Part shown: in pieces, positions 21,055-33,426 of the stretch
Layout of the letters: each line of letters starts with the position of its first letter
Position numbering within the stretch: the stretch's first letter is position 1
Source of the DNA: Mobula birostris
Lineage: Eukaryota
Assembly (NCBI RefSeq): GCF_030028105.1
Contig: NC_092375.1
Location: 141,139,035-141,203,034 of the forward strand
Direction: 5' to 3'
DNA: 64,000 nt
Notes under the pieces: generated by a model
Seen by the model: only the letters and a program-made list of their open reading frames with translations
Databases searched by the model: none
Told to the model about the DNA's origin: nothing
Position numbers and translations under genes: made by a program

Positions 21055-24000
21055 TGTTACGTACCCCGTAACTGGGTTGCCAAACCAACAGAAATGGATC
21101 ACTCAGTTGGAGTCTGGATTACCAGAACTAAGAAAGTTTTATTAAAGAAACAAGCAACACAGTAATCGAAAGGATAATAAATGCAACAGTTCAGCAATGA
21201 TAAACACACATGTGCACAGAATTAAGATAACAGGATCAATCAAGCTCTATCGTTGTCTAGGGGTAAATGACCAATTTCAAAGTGACACAAAGTTCAGTCC
21301 AATTTAGTAGTTCAGTTCGCAGTAATCGTTGCCATGGCGATGGACAACGTGGGGGGAGAGAGAGAGAGAGAGAGAGACAACGGGAACGACTGATCATTCA
21401 AACACGGCTTCCACTCACAGACCGGCGATATTGCTCACAAGCAGCTTTTGGGCGGGTCCTTTGTGATGTCACCTGAGGTCACCGACTGTGACCCCTCCTC
21501 CAGATGCGGTCGATCCTCTGCAGTGAACCCGGCACCCAAGCGAGGGCGGACACACACCGGGTTCCCGCTGATCGTACCTTTCCATCCTGTGCGTTGTCCG
21601 GTACTTCCCACCGACTCGTGAGAGGCGCACCGCTTCCAGGGTCTCGTTACCTCGGGTGTCGTGTGTATCCTGCCTTAGCGAACCTGTCCCTTTTTATCCC
21701 CCTGCTGGGGTATCGCCTGCCCATCACTTCAAACAGTTCAGGGTTCAAAGGGGGAGCCGCTCCAGACAGCTCTCTCTCTCTCGTCCCTTCATTACACATC
21801 TCCAGATGCTGTTTCATTGTGTTCCTTATCTCTCTCTTGAAGACAGGTGGCAGACCAACTGCTGATCACACAGGACAGCTAACATCTTATCTATGTGTAT
21901 TCTCCTCACACTTCCCTCCTTTAAGGATTTTTACCGGGAGGTAAAAATTACAAACATGAATACATTATTTGATACACGCACAAATATACATCTTTATCAG
22001 CTATTTGGCTAACACAGCGAGTTTGAAGTTGTTAGCACCTTGACAGACAGTCATCACATTTTCTGTTCCTTTTACATGTGTTATTAATAATCCCTTAGAC
22101 CAGGCTCCAACTCAGCAAACTTCATAGTGGCCAAAAACACTGATGAATTTCGATCAATGTAACCTCTCATTTGGTTTTGTCCCGGACCACAATAACAAGA
22201 GTCGTCCCATTCCACTCCTCATCTACGGGTACTGTACTTGATTTCCCTTTTTTCCTTAGCACTTCGTCCTCCACACAATAGCCTACTAGTTCCCTCGTCA
22301 AAGCTGTCTCTGCCGAAACCATCAGCCCCTCGTCTCGCTCCTGCGTCGGCACAAATTCTTTCCTGGCTACTGCTACGTCTGTCCCAGCTCCCTCACTGCC
22401 TCTTGTCTCACTACACTCTTTCTTTCCATTTTCTACCCCCTTCTCGTACAAGGCTGGCAGAAACGTCTCAGCTAAATTTACTACCGCAGCTAAATTCACT
22501 ACCGTAGCCCCATGATGAACCTGTGAGTCCATGGGCGGGGCCTCAATGCTGGCAGGCTGACCTGTCAATCTCACGACTGGGAACACGATTCCCCCGGCGA
22601 CGTCATTACCGAGCAAGACTTCCACGCCTTTCATCGGTAATTCGGACCTCACCCCGATCGTGACTAGTCCAGAGACTAGGTTGCTTTGTAAGTGTATCTG
22701 CTGCTAAGGGACTGACTCTGTCCCTTCCCCAACACCTTTGACCTCTACCTCCCCAGTCTGGGTCTCTGAGCTAAACTCTAATACACTCTTCAGTATTAGT
22801 GACTGACACGCTCCCGTGTCTCTCTAGATCCGCACTGGAACTGGTTTTAACCCTTCCTTCACTGACACCAATCCGGCCGAGATAAACCTTTTGCGCCCTT
22901 CCTGAACTTTTTCAGACCTGTCCTTCCCTAGCGATTCGCTTAACAGCTCGATACAGCCATTCAAAATCGCTGTTTTTCCTTTTCCCGTCTCCTTCTTTGG
23001 GGCAAAGCACCTGGACGCAAAGTGTCCGACTTTCCCGCAATTATAACAGACGATCCCAGGAGACTTCCTACCAGACTGCTCCCGGTCTACCTTATCCTTT
23101 TCACTAGTCCCCGGCTTACTTTCTGACGTTTCCGGCGGACTCTCCCCGCCGTCCTGACTACCCTTCTGGTAGCCTTTACTCGGGGCAAACTTCATTTTAT
23201 GCGTCAACGCATACTCATCCGCTAACTTAGCAGTTGCGGCTAACGTGGCTGCCTCTTTCTCATCGAGGTAGGGTCTCATACCCTCAGGGACACAACCTTT
23301 AAACTGCTCAATCAGGATCAGTTGTAGCAGTCTGTCATAATCCCCCTCTACCCCCTTCGAGGCGCACCAACGCTCACAATATGTCTGCATCTCACGGGCA
23401 AACTCCAAATACGTGCGGTCCCACTGCTTCCTCGCATTCCGGAACCTCTGCCGGTATGCCTCCGGGACCAACTCATAAATCCTGAGGATGGCCTCTTTTA
23501 CCACCTCATACCTCTGGGCATCTCCCGCGGACAAAGCGGAGTAAGCTTCTTGGGCTTTCCCTTTCAGTACACTCTGAAGTAAAACAGCCCACTTATCCCT
23601 CGGCCAGTCCTGACTTATAGCCACTGTTTCGAAGTGGAGAAAGTACCGATCCACGTCGGTATCGTCAAATGGAACCAGCCTGACCTCCTGGGTCGCCCGG
23701 AACCCTCCACCTTGGTTCGGCACGAGCCCCTGCTCTGCCCTTAACCTTAACTTCTCCAATTCGAATTCCCTTTCCCTCTGTTTCTCCTCTCTCTCCAACT
23801 GTCTGTCCCTCTCTTTCTCCTCTCTCTCCAACTGTCTGTCCCTCTCTTTCTCTTCTCACTCCAACTGTCGTACCCGGAACTCGTGCTCGAGTCTCAGTTT
23901 TTCAAGCTGTACCTGTACCGCGTCTCCAGCAGGTTTTTCAATAGACACCACCCCCAGCTCGCCTTGGGGAAACACACCTTTAGATACATAGTGCTCTACA

Positions 24001-25064
24001 ATAGCTCTGTGTATCTCCTCTCTCCTCATTGTCGACTTCACCTTAGCAAGATTCAACCATTTGGCCACAGCTACCAATTCCGATTTCCTGGCATCCTTTA
24101 TAAATTCCTCAGCCTCCATTTCTGCTGTTTGCCTTTTCTTTCTTTCGGGAATTTTAACCCAACCAATTTACTCCGTCCCAAATTTAGCGTTCAAAATCCC
24201 GGACGAGAACCTCACTTATGTTACATACCCCGTAACTGGGTTGCCAAACCAGCAGAAATGGATCACTCAGTTGGAGTCTGGATTACTAGAACTAAGAAAG
24301 TTTTATTAGAGAAACAAGCAACACAGTAATCGAAAGGATAATAAATGCAACAGTTCAGCAATGATAAACCCACATGTGCACAGAATTAAGATAACAGCAT
24401 CAATCAAGCTCTATCGTTGTCTAGGGATAAATGACCAATTTCAAAGTGACACAAAGTTCAGTCCAATTTAGTAGTTCAGTTCGCAGTAATCGTTGCCATG
24501 GCGATGGACAACGTGGGGGGAGAGAGAGAGAGAACGGGAACGACTGATCATTCAGACACGGCTTCCACTCACAGACTGGCGATATGGCTCACAAGCAGCT
24601 TTCGGGTGGGTCCTTGGTGATGTCACCTGAGGTCACCGACTGTGACCCCTCCTCCAGATGCGGTCGATCCTCTGCAGTGAACTCGGCACCCAAGCAAGGG
24701 CGGACACACACCAGGTTCCCGCTGATTGTACCTTTCCACCCTGTGCGTTGTCCGGTACTTCCCACTGACTTGTGAGAGGCGCACCGCTTCCAGGGTCTCG
24801 TTACCTCGGGTGTCGTGTGTGTCCTGCCTTAGCGAACCTGTCGTTTTTTATCCCCCTGCTGGGGTATCGCCTGTCCATCACTTCAAACAGTTCAGGGTTC
24901 AAAGGGGGAGCCGCTCCAGACAGCTCTCTCTCTCCCGTCCCTTCATTACACATCTCCAGATGCTGTTTCATTGTGTTCCTTATCTCTCTCTTGAAGACAG
25001 GTGGCAGACCAACTGCTGATCACACAGGACAGCTAACATCTTATCTATCTGTATTCTCGTCACA
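21055..25064 (-). mobile_element. Non-autonomous Gypsy (Gmr1-like, SCAN-type gag) LTR retrotransposon
   Basis: Near-identical LTRs at 21055-21910 and 24219-25064, both TG...CA. 4-bp TSD AGAC. tRNA-Pro-like PBS at 24196-24214. Polypurine tract AAAGGAGGGAAG next to 21910. Gag and protease present; no RT, RNase H or integrase. Confidence 0.95.
22167..24119 (-). pseudogene. gag: Gypsy gag-protease with in-frame stops
   Basis: Coiled coil with EREEKERDRQL repeats, SCAN-like capsid (YELVPEAYRQRFR..LILIEQFK), CCHC knuckle CYNCGKVGHFASRC, then RI*RDTG protease motif and GVEVLLGND. Stops at 23856 and 22824. Confidence 0.9.
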
Positions 25065-26103
25065 AGACCCTATCATTTCCGCCGCCGCCGGCAGCCCATT
25101 CCACGCACTTACCACTCTCTGCGTTAAAAAGCTAACCCTGACATCTCCTCTGTACCTACTTCCAAGCACCTTAAAACTATGCCCTCTCGTGCTAGCCATT
25201 TCAGCCCTAGGGAAAAGCCTCTGACTATCCACACGATCAATGCCTCTCATTATCTTGTACACCTCTATCAGGTCACCTCTCATCCTCCGTAGCTCCAAGG
25301 AGAAAAGGCCAAGTTCACTCAACCTATTCTCATAAATCGTGCTCCTCAATTCAGAAGCATCCTTGTAAATCTCCTCTGCACCCCTTTCTATGGCTTCCAC
25401 ATCCTTCCTGTAGTGAGGCGACCAGAATTGAGCACAGTACGCCAAGTAGGGTCTGACCGGGGTCCTATAAAGCTGCAACATTACCTCTCGGCTCTTGAAC
25501 TCAGTCCCACGATTGATGAAGGCCAATGCAGAGTCAACCTGTGTAGCAGCTTTGAGTGTCCTATGGACTTGGACCCCAAGATCCCTCTGATCCTCCACAC
25601 TGCTATATTCTGCCATCATATTTGACCTACCAAAATGAACCACCTCACACTTATCTAGGTTGAACTCCATCTGCTACTCCCAGCCCATTTTTGCATCCTA
25701 TCAATGTCCTGTTGTAACCTCTGACAGCCCTCCACACTATCCGCAACACCCCCAACCTTTGTGTCATCAGAAAAGTTACTGACCCATCCCTCCACTTCCT
25801 CATCCAGGTCATTTATAAAAATCACAAAGAGTAGGGGTCCCAGAACAGATCCCTGAGGCACACTTAAATCTGATATATCTGTTTCTGACTCTGATTTTAA
25901 TTTTCCAGGCATCATTCCAGTAACACTAACCTTAACTCTTTCGTTTTCAATGGGTTAAACTTGGAGCAAAAATGTCAGTGTTTGGTTAATCTGATCTGTA
26001 AACAGAATGGTGATTTCACACCGTTGAGTATTTCTGAGTAGCACTGACCATTGAGGTGATCCACTGTGCCGTGTGTGGGTGTACCAATTAACCGATGTAG
26101 GGA

Positions 26104-26316
26104 CAGTGTGCACACGTTGGCCACGTCCAACATGGTTTTGTGGGAAGCTCATGAACTGATGGTCTCTTTATCTACCGGCCAAGTTTGTGTGGGATAAATT
26201 CCCCATTTCACTCTCAAGAATCCAGTTTGTTGATAAATAAATTAACAAACGTGCAGATAAACAGTAATCAAGGATTATGAGTAATCCAGCACCCAGAAAC
26301 TGAAGCATTCACACTG
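26104..26316. promoter_or_regulatory. Conserved non-coding block upstream of each SPP2-like gene (candidate enhancer)
   Basis: 5 mismatches in 213 bp versus 40991-41203; also present at 60206-60386. Multiple GATAA and Fox-type sites, TGTGGGAA and GCCACGTC. Confidence 0.5.
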
Positions 26317-26741
26317 TAGAAGGCAAACAAGATGCTGAAAAGCCCCAGTGCAGTCTCTGAGAAAGCGATATCAGAATGTGTCGTTCTGTTCAACTCAGTT
26401 TGTGTCAACAATAGCAATAATGCAGAAACATTGATGGCCATGTGTTTTCATTTAGCCAGTGTTAATGCTCAGAGATTTGAATCACAGGCCTTTGGGACAG
26501 TTTTGACCGTGGTCATGCATTGATCCACAATGTGCGGAGCATTTGCTCAAACCTCGACAGACATTGAATTCATATTATTGTAGCATTACTGCAGTCATGT
26601 CTGAATAAAAAAGGATCACGCCCATTGTAAGGATTTTTCCGCAATTTGTTCCTGATAACAGAAACTGTTTATCACTTCAAGCATGGGTACTACGCCCAGG
26701 GCTTTGTTTTGGACTGGGGGTTGTTGACAGTGGTCATGAAA

Positions 26742-27656
26742 TCAACATATCTTGAGTGCATGCAGAGTCAACCTTTCCAGTGGCATGTACACTTGGAGAC
26801 ATAACAACGTTCTCAAAGTTGTAACAGAAGCGGTTGAGCGGAGAGTACTGCAGCACAACTTATCTCATGCCCCATGCTGCACAGAACATCGCATATCATT
26901 TGTGAAAGAAGGCTCCAAGTCAAGGGTGTACAGCGCTGGCTCACGATCAAGCATACTTTCTTCAGCCAATGATTGGTGTGTCAAGGCTGACCTGGACAAG
27001 AAAGGCAGTTTCCCGGAGCAAATAGCTTTCACAACATTGCGTCCAGATATAATCGTATGGTCTGACAGCAGTAGAGAAGCGGTTATTGGTGAAGTCACAG
27101 TCCCCTGGGAAGACAACATCGATGAAGCCCATGAGCGCAAGTTAACCAAATATGCAGAGTTAAGATCAGAGTGCAGAGACAGAGGGTGGAAGGTCTCATG
27201 CTATCCATTCGAAGTAGGCTGCCGTGGCTTTATTGCGTTCACTCTCCAGAAGTGGTTGCGTGACCTTGGCTTCACTAGAAGAGAGATCAAGTCAACCAGC
27301 AGGGCTTTAGCTGAGGCAGCAGAGAAAGGATCAGCATGGGTGTGGACCAAGTATGTCCAGAGGGGCAGATATTCAGACAGTGTATACATATCTTGCAAGC
27401 CCTTCAGTAGTTGCATAGACACCTGAAGAGCAGACTGTTTGTCGGATGGAAGTGACCAACAACTCTGATAGAGGCAGATGCCAAGTTTTTAAGCTCACCA
27501 GTGGGAGGTGGTGCTTTAGCACTGCTGGCCCACCACCTTGAGGGAGTCTTGATCGTAAGCGGGCCGAAACTCCTGAAGACAGGTGGCAGATCAGCTGATG
27601 ATCCCATTGGTGATAGCACAGGACAGTTAACATCTTAGTCCATGTGTACTTTGTAA
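26742..27656 (+). mobile_element. 5'-truncated HERO-clade (restriction-like endonuclease) non-LTR retrotransposon
   Basis: ORF 26752-27426: YTWRHNNVL..RPDIIVWS..GEVTVPWEDNIDEAHERKLTKY..GW..PFEVGCRGF. Empty site in units 2 (~42060) and 3 (~61465). Confidence 0.88.
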
Positions 27657-27994
27657 CTCTGTGGTCAGGGTTTCTGGCTCCTGGGCTGTATTGCTGACAT
27701 CAGAGTTCATGTGGGAGGGGACAGGAAGAGTGAAAGAGAAAACAGAAAATTAATTAGTGCAGGTAAACAGTTCAAGAAACGTTAACAAGTCAACACTTGC
27801 TGGGGAAACATGTCAACACTTGCATTAATTATCAATCATTGTTTAACAGAACCAGGCTCATGTCTTTTCAACATAAAGACTTGCAAAATGTTTTAAAAGA
27901 ATCAGAATCAGATTTAATATAACCGGCATACATACTAAATTTGTTAACTGTATGGCAGCAGTACAAGGCAATACATGATAAATAAATATAGAGG

Positions 27995-28123
27995 NNNNNN
28001 NNNNNNNNNNNNNNNNNNNNNNNNNNNNNNNNNNNNNNNNNNNNNNNNNNNNNNNNNNNNNNNNNNNNNNNNNNNNNNNNNNNNNNNNNNNNNNNNNNNN
28101 NNNNNNNNNNNNNNNNNNNNNNN
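27995..28123. other. Assembly gap (129 N)
   Basis: Run of N inside a minus-strand LINE 3' end. Confidence 1.
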
Positions 28124-28509
28124 ATTTAGAAATTGGATGGCAGAGGAGCAGAAGTTATTCCTGAATAGCTGAGTGTATGTGTATGCCTTCAGGCTTCTGT
28201 AAAAGCAGGAAGATTTGAATCCTGTTATCTTGTGAGAAGTCCATTTATCTCCAGTTTTTACCGGGTAGTACACTTAAGTTAACCCTTTACATGACAAAAT
28301 TCATTAGTTGTGGCTGGTGTTCCATTTTCATGTTGCTCATTGAAGCAAAGTTTCTGTCAATAATGCAGCTGTATGAAGTGCTGCAGACTCTGCTTTCAAA
28401 GGAGGATGGAATGCCAAGAAAGGTTTGGTGATTGGCATTTGCAGAGGAAACTAAGTATGAGCAAGTTTACCCTCTATGCATTACAAGGTGGATTGGATCT
28501 GGGGGAACC

Positions 28510-29020
28510 CAGAATGCCATCTATAAATTCACCAATGACACAACTGCTGTTGGCAGAATCTCAGATGGCGACAAAGAGGCATACAACAGTGAGACGGCAG
28601 CTAGTCGGGTGGTGTCACAACAAAAACTATGCACTCAGCGTCAGCAAGACCAAGGAATTTACTGTGGATTTCAGGAAGGGGAAGTTGGGAGAACACATCC
28701 CAGTCCTAATCGAGTAGTGGAAAGGGAGAGCATCACCATCTATATCTCCATCATGGCTAACAGCCTTCCCACAATCAAGGACATACCAAAAGACAATGCT
28801 TCAACAGGATGGCATCTACAGCTTTGTTCTCTCAGCCATCAGATTTCAGAATGGATCATGAACCCATAAACGCTGCCCCACTTTTTGCTCTCTTTTTGAA
28901 CTACGTATTTTTTTTATATTTCCTACTGTAATTTATAGTAATATTTTATGTATTGTTCTGTACTGCTGCCACAAAACAACAAATTTCATGATCTATGTCA
29001 GTGATAATAAATCTGATTCT
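28510..29020 (+). mobile_element. Old Rex/Babar-type LINE fragment shared by all units
   Basis: YKFTNDTTAVGRISDGDKEAY and SKTKEFTVDFRK. Paralogues at ~45065-45840 and ~62005-62170. Confidence 0.75.
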
Positions 29021-29889
29021 GAATGGGCCTTGAATATTCAGTAACACTGTGGCTGATCTGTGCCAACTAGTCACTTGATTTTGACACCTTTATGTAACAA
29101 CATCAGTGAAATCCATCTGCATCCTTCATAAAGCTGTAAGTTGCTCAATCAGATCCTGCCTTCCAGCAAGGCAGTTTCAGGTTCCAGCACGTTTGAGAAA
29201 TTGTCTCTTGACTCCACAATGGCCATACTTTACCTCATGCTTTTATATCTTCATGAAGTGAACTCTTCTCTTTCAATCATATTGGCACATTGTTTTAGTT
29301 AGCAATGAACCCTATTCAAATCACTGTAGACATTTTCTATACCTGAGACAAGACAAAACATCTCTTCTGCATTTAAAAATTTCACAGATTGCATCTCCCG
29401 ATCTGTGCCACTTAATCACTTGATTCTGACACCTTTGAGTACCAACATGACAGAAGGAAACAGATGCTTTCCAGGTAAACATCTGCATAGATGAGTTCCG
29501 CCAGCTATTAATGTGTGTTCCGCAAGATTATTCATCATTTGGATGGATAAGTAAAGTAGTCTGCATTGATTGTGAGAAGCAAATTACCATTGATCAGTGA
29601 TTGAGATTTTTCATCAAAAAATGTGCTGGAGGTGCTTCAATGAACTTTTGATGAGTGCTTGATAAAGCAGTCACAACAAGCTTGTCATCAGAACTAAAGT
29701 AAATGGAATGAAAGTAGCAGAGCCTGAGTAAGGACAGGAGCAGAGTCAGGAGGAGCAGAGCTTTTTTGGGTAGACAGACATTTGCAGTGGTGTTCCCCAA
29801 AGTCTGTACAAATCTACACATACAATGGTCTCTTCTCATACAATGGCCGGCCTCGATTTTCTCTCACCATTATCCAGGACACCACACGA

Positions 29890-30980
29890 GAAAAGGAGGT
29901 GCGTAGCAGGTGTAGGCAGGTAGGAACAAATGGGGTACTAATGGGGTATAAGAAATGGAAGAGAACATTTAAGAAAGAAATCAGAAGGGCTCAAAGAAGG
30001 CATGAAGTTGCCCTAGCTAACAAGGTGAAGGAGAATCCTAAGGGATTCCACAGATATGTTAAGAGCAAAAGGATTTGCAAGGGACGAAATTGGAAAGTCA
30101 GAATGGTAATTCATGAGTGGAGCCACAAGAGATGGGGAGATCCTATATAAATTTTTTGCATCAATATTTAATCAGGAGATGGGCACTGAGTCTATAGAAG
30201 TGAGATTGACAAGTGTGAGGTGTTGCACTTCGGTAGGACCAACCAGGGTAGGTCTTATACAGTGAATGGTAGGGCACTGAGGTGTGCGGTAGAACGATGG
30301 GATCTAGGAATACAGGTCCATAATTCACTGAAAGTATCGTTACAGGTGCATAGGGTCATAAAGAAAGCTTTTGGCACAATGGTTTTCATAAATCAAAGTA
30401 TTGAGTAAAGGAGATGGGATGTTATGTTGAAGTTGTATAAGACATTAGTGAGGCTGTATTTGTAGTAATGTATGCAGTTTTTGTCATCTACCCACAGGAA
30501 AGATGTAAATAAGGTTGAAAGAGTACAGAGGAAAGTTACAAGGATGTTGCTGGTTCTAGAAGACCTGAGCTATAAGGAAAGATTGAATACATTAGGGCTT
30601 TATTCCTTGGCATGTAGAAGATTGAGAGGAGATTTGATGGAGGTGTACAAAATTATGAGGGGTATCAAGAGGGTAAGTGCAAGCAGGCTTTTCCCACTGA
30701 CAACAACCAGAGGTTATGGGTCAAGGGTGAAAGGTGAAATATCTAAGGCAAACACGTGGGAAACTTTTTCACTCAGAGGGTCATGAGAGTGTGGACTGTG
30801 CTTCCAGCACAAATGAAGTATGCAAGTTCAACTTCAACATTCGAGAGAAGTTTGGATAGGTAGGGGTTTGGAGGACTGTGGTCCAGATGCTGGTCGATGG
30901 GAGTAGGCAGTTTAAATGGTTCGATACGGTTTAGATAGGTTGAAGGGCCTGTTTCTGTGCTTTTCTTTTCTATGACTCAA
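29890..30980 (+). mobile_element. CR1 fragment
   Basis: KENPKGFHRYV, LHFGRTN, VERVQRK..RGDLMEVYKIM. Its 3' junction matches the CR1 ending at ~47600. Confidence 0.85.
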
Positions 30981-31194
30981 TAACTCTGTGATAGATCAGA
31001 TCATTAAATGATGCAGCAACAACGTACTCTCATTCAGAGTCATCAAGATCAAGGTACTGATAGTTAACTTCAGAAAGGGAATATACACCAGTCCTCACTG
31101 AGGGGTTAGTGTTGGAAAAGGTGAGCAGTAAGTTCCTGAGTGTCAACAACTCGAAGGATCTATCTTGGTCCCAGCACTTCGATGCAATTACAAT

Positions 31195-32026
31195 TGAAAC
31201 CTTACTGGTTTCCTTGCCTGTGTGAGTCTAGGGAATACACATTCCTCTCCCAACAAACCTACAAGATTGAGACTGCTATCCCATCCCAAACGCTAGTTTG
31301 TGTGGATGCTGTGTAATTTGCTACCCTGTTACAACTCAGTACCAAGAAATAACAGACAGCACACTGCATACAATTAAAGGAATTATATTTATGAATCTTA
31401 ACTTAACTAAAGGGTTAGTTAAGAAAAGAAAGAAAAAAAACAAAAAGGGCCCATTATAATTAAACAGTTAAATGGGCACAAGAATCAGAATCAGGTTTAT
31501 TATCACCAACATGTGACGTGAAATTTGTTAACTTAGCAACAGCAGTTCAATGCAATACATAATCTAGCAGAGAAAAAAATAAATAAAAATAATAATAATA
31601 ATAAATAGACAAGTAAATCAATTACATATATTGAATAGATTTTAAAAACGTGCAAAAACAGAAATACTGCATATTTAAAAATGTGAGGTAGTGTCCAAAG
31701 ATTTAATGTCCATTTAGGAATCGGATGGCAGAGAGGAAGAAGCTGATCCTGAATTACTGAGTGTGTGCCTTCAGTTTAACTCTCCCAAAGGTCATAAATA
31801 TTCACCCACCCGCAGTCGAAATTGGCTCCTTGCTCCATCAAATTATGGACCCCCCACTGGGTTGAATCCTACGACCGGTTCTCTCCAGTGTCTTCTCTCT
31901 GCATCTCCCGATGAACAAAGGACCCAGCTCACATTCCAAAACACCCATTATCTCTACCCATAAGCCAAGAACTGCTTCTAGAGAAAGACCTTGACTTTAG
32001 TAGTGAAACCTTTCCCTGGGTGTTAC
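31195..32026. mobile_element. Probable solo LTR with a nested LINE 3' end (~31481-31790)
   Basis: Homologous to 1-583, ends gttACA, and is absent at the equivalent site in unit 3. Confidence 0.55.
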
Positions 32027-33426
32027 ACAAAGAAGGCACACCAGCAGCTCTAATTCATTAGTAGTTTAAGAAGATTTGGTATGTCATCAAAGATTCTTGT
32101 GAATTTCTACAGATGTGGAATGATGAGCTTTCAAAATGGTTGCATTGGCACCTGGTATGAAGGTTCCAAGGCACAAGATTGAAAGAGGCTGCAGAGAGTT
32201 GTAGACCCAGAAAGCTCCATCACAGAAACACCCCTCACACTGCCAAGGACATCTTCAAAAGGCAGGGCCTCAAGAAGGTAGCATCCTTCAAAAAGACCCT
32301 AAACATCTGACTCATGCAGTCCTTTAGTTACTGAAATTGGGGAAGAGGTACAGGATCCTGAAGATGTATACACATCAGGACAATTTTGGATATTTACCCA
32401 TTGAATAAGAGAGAAAAAAATTTCCCTCCACCTTCACTTTCTTTCAATTGTCAACTTTGGCCTCATACCTCTTCTAACCTGCCTATTACACATTACACCC
32501 TACCCCTAGTCTCCTCTGCCTTCCCGTACACCTATGGTCCATTCTCCTCTACTATCAGATTTGTTCCTTTCCAGTCCTTCCCTTTCCAACCCACCTGCTT
32601 TAACCTATCACCTCCTTCCTCCCTCCCCAGCTGTTATTCTGGCATTTTCCCACTTCCTTTTCAGTCCAGAAAAAGGGTCCCGGCCCGAAACACCAAGAGT
32701 TTATTGCTCTCCATAGATGCTGCCTGGCCTGCTGAGTTCCTCAGCATTTTGTGTGCGTTGCTTCGATTTCCAGCATCTGCAGATTTTCTTGTGTTTATAA
32801 ATATTAGAGCTGCTGCAATAAGGCAGATGTTCACTTTATTGATACCTCAGTCCTAATTATGTCTAAAATGTCTCAATGGCCCCAAGGTCCTTCAAAATGT
32901 AACTTTTGGAGATCTTAAACAAAATTTTAAAAAGACAAAATTAAACAATCCAAAGATTTCAAGCTTGCTGCAATTGGAATAAGCAGTCCAGGATGCACAG
33001 CATCTCATTCAGCGCCTGCTGTCAATATTAAGACAGCAAATTAAGCAAGATAACAGGAGACCCATGTCAGGAGGTCCCACCAGACACTATCAGCAAGAGA
33101 CAGATGAACATGAGCATAATAACTGGATGAACTATCTTAAGTCAGGGACAAACAAAACAACTTCCAGATACAATTCTGTAAATATACAATACAGTATTTA
33201 TTACTTTATTTTGATCCACAATACATTAAACAATAAAATGCAACAAAGGACAGAACATTTACAAACAATCTAGTGTCCCAGTTACAATAAAATCTTCAGT
33301 CAGGAGCTCCAGGCCCCTCAGTCTTGTAATCAGTAAGTACAGTACAATTGTTAACATCTTGTATATTCTGAATGAGGTCTTCTTGTGTTCACAGTGAGTT
33401 CAGACTTTGTGGAGTTTCTTTCATGG

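Larger units (their letters stand above)
20904..25862 (-). mobile_element. CR1 3' portion, split by the Gypsy insertion
   Basis: RT fragments (VPQGSVLGPLLFVIFINDLD, FSDDTK, MEFNLDKCEVVHFG) at 25041-25915. The sequence rejoins across the Gypsy TSD to a 3' UTR and tail at 20904-21054. Confidence 0.9.

Noticed and set aside
21504-21944. 146-150 aa plus-strand ORFs duplicated at 24772-25224
   Set aside because: Incidental ORFs within the two LTRs, with no protein motifs.
25955-26152. Coding exon within the conserved upstream block
   Set aside because: The ORF is not maintained across units, has no convincing splice-site pair and shows no recognisable protein similarity.
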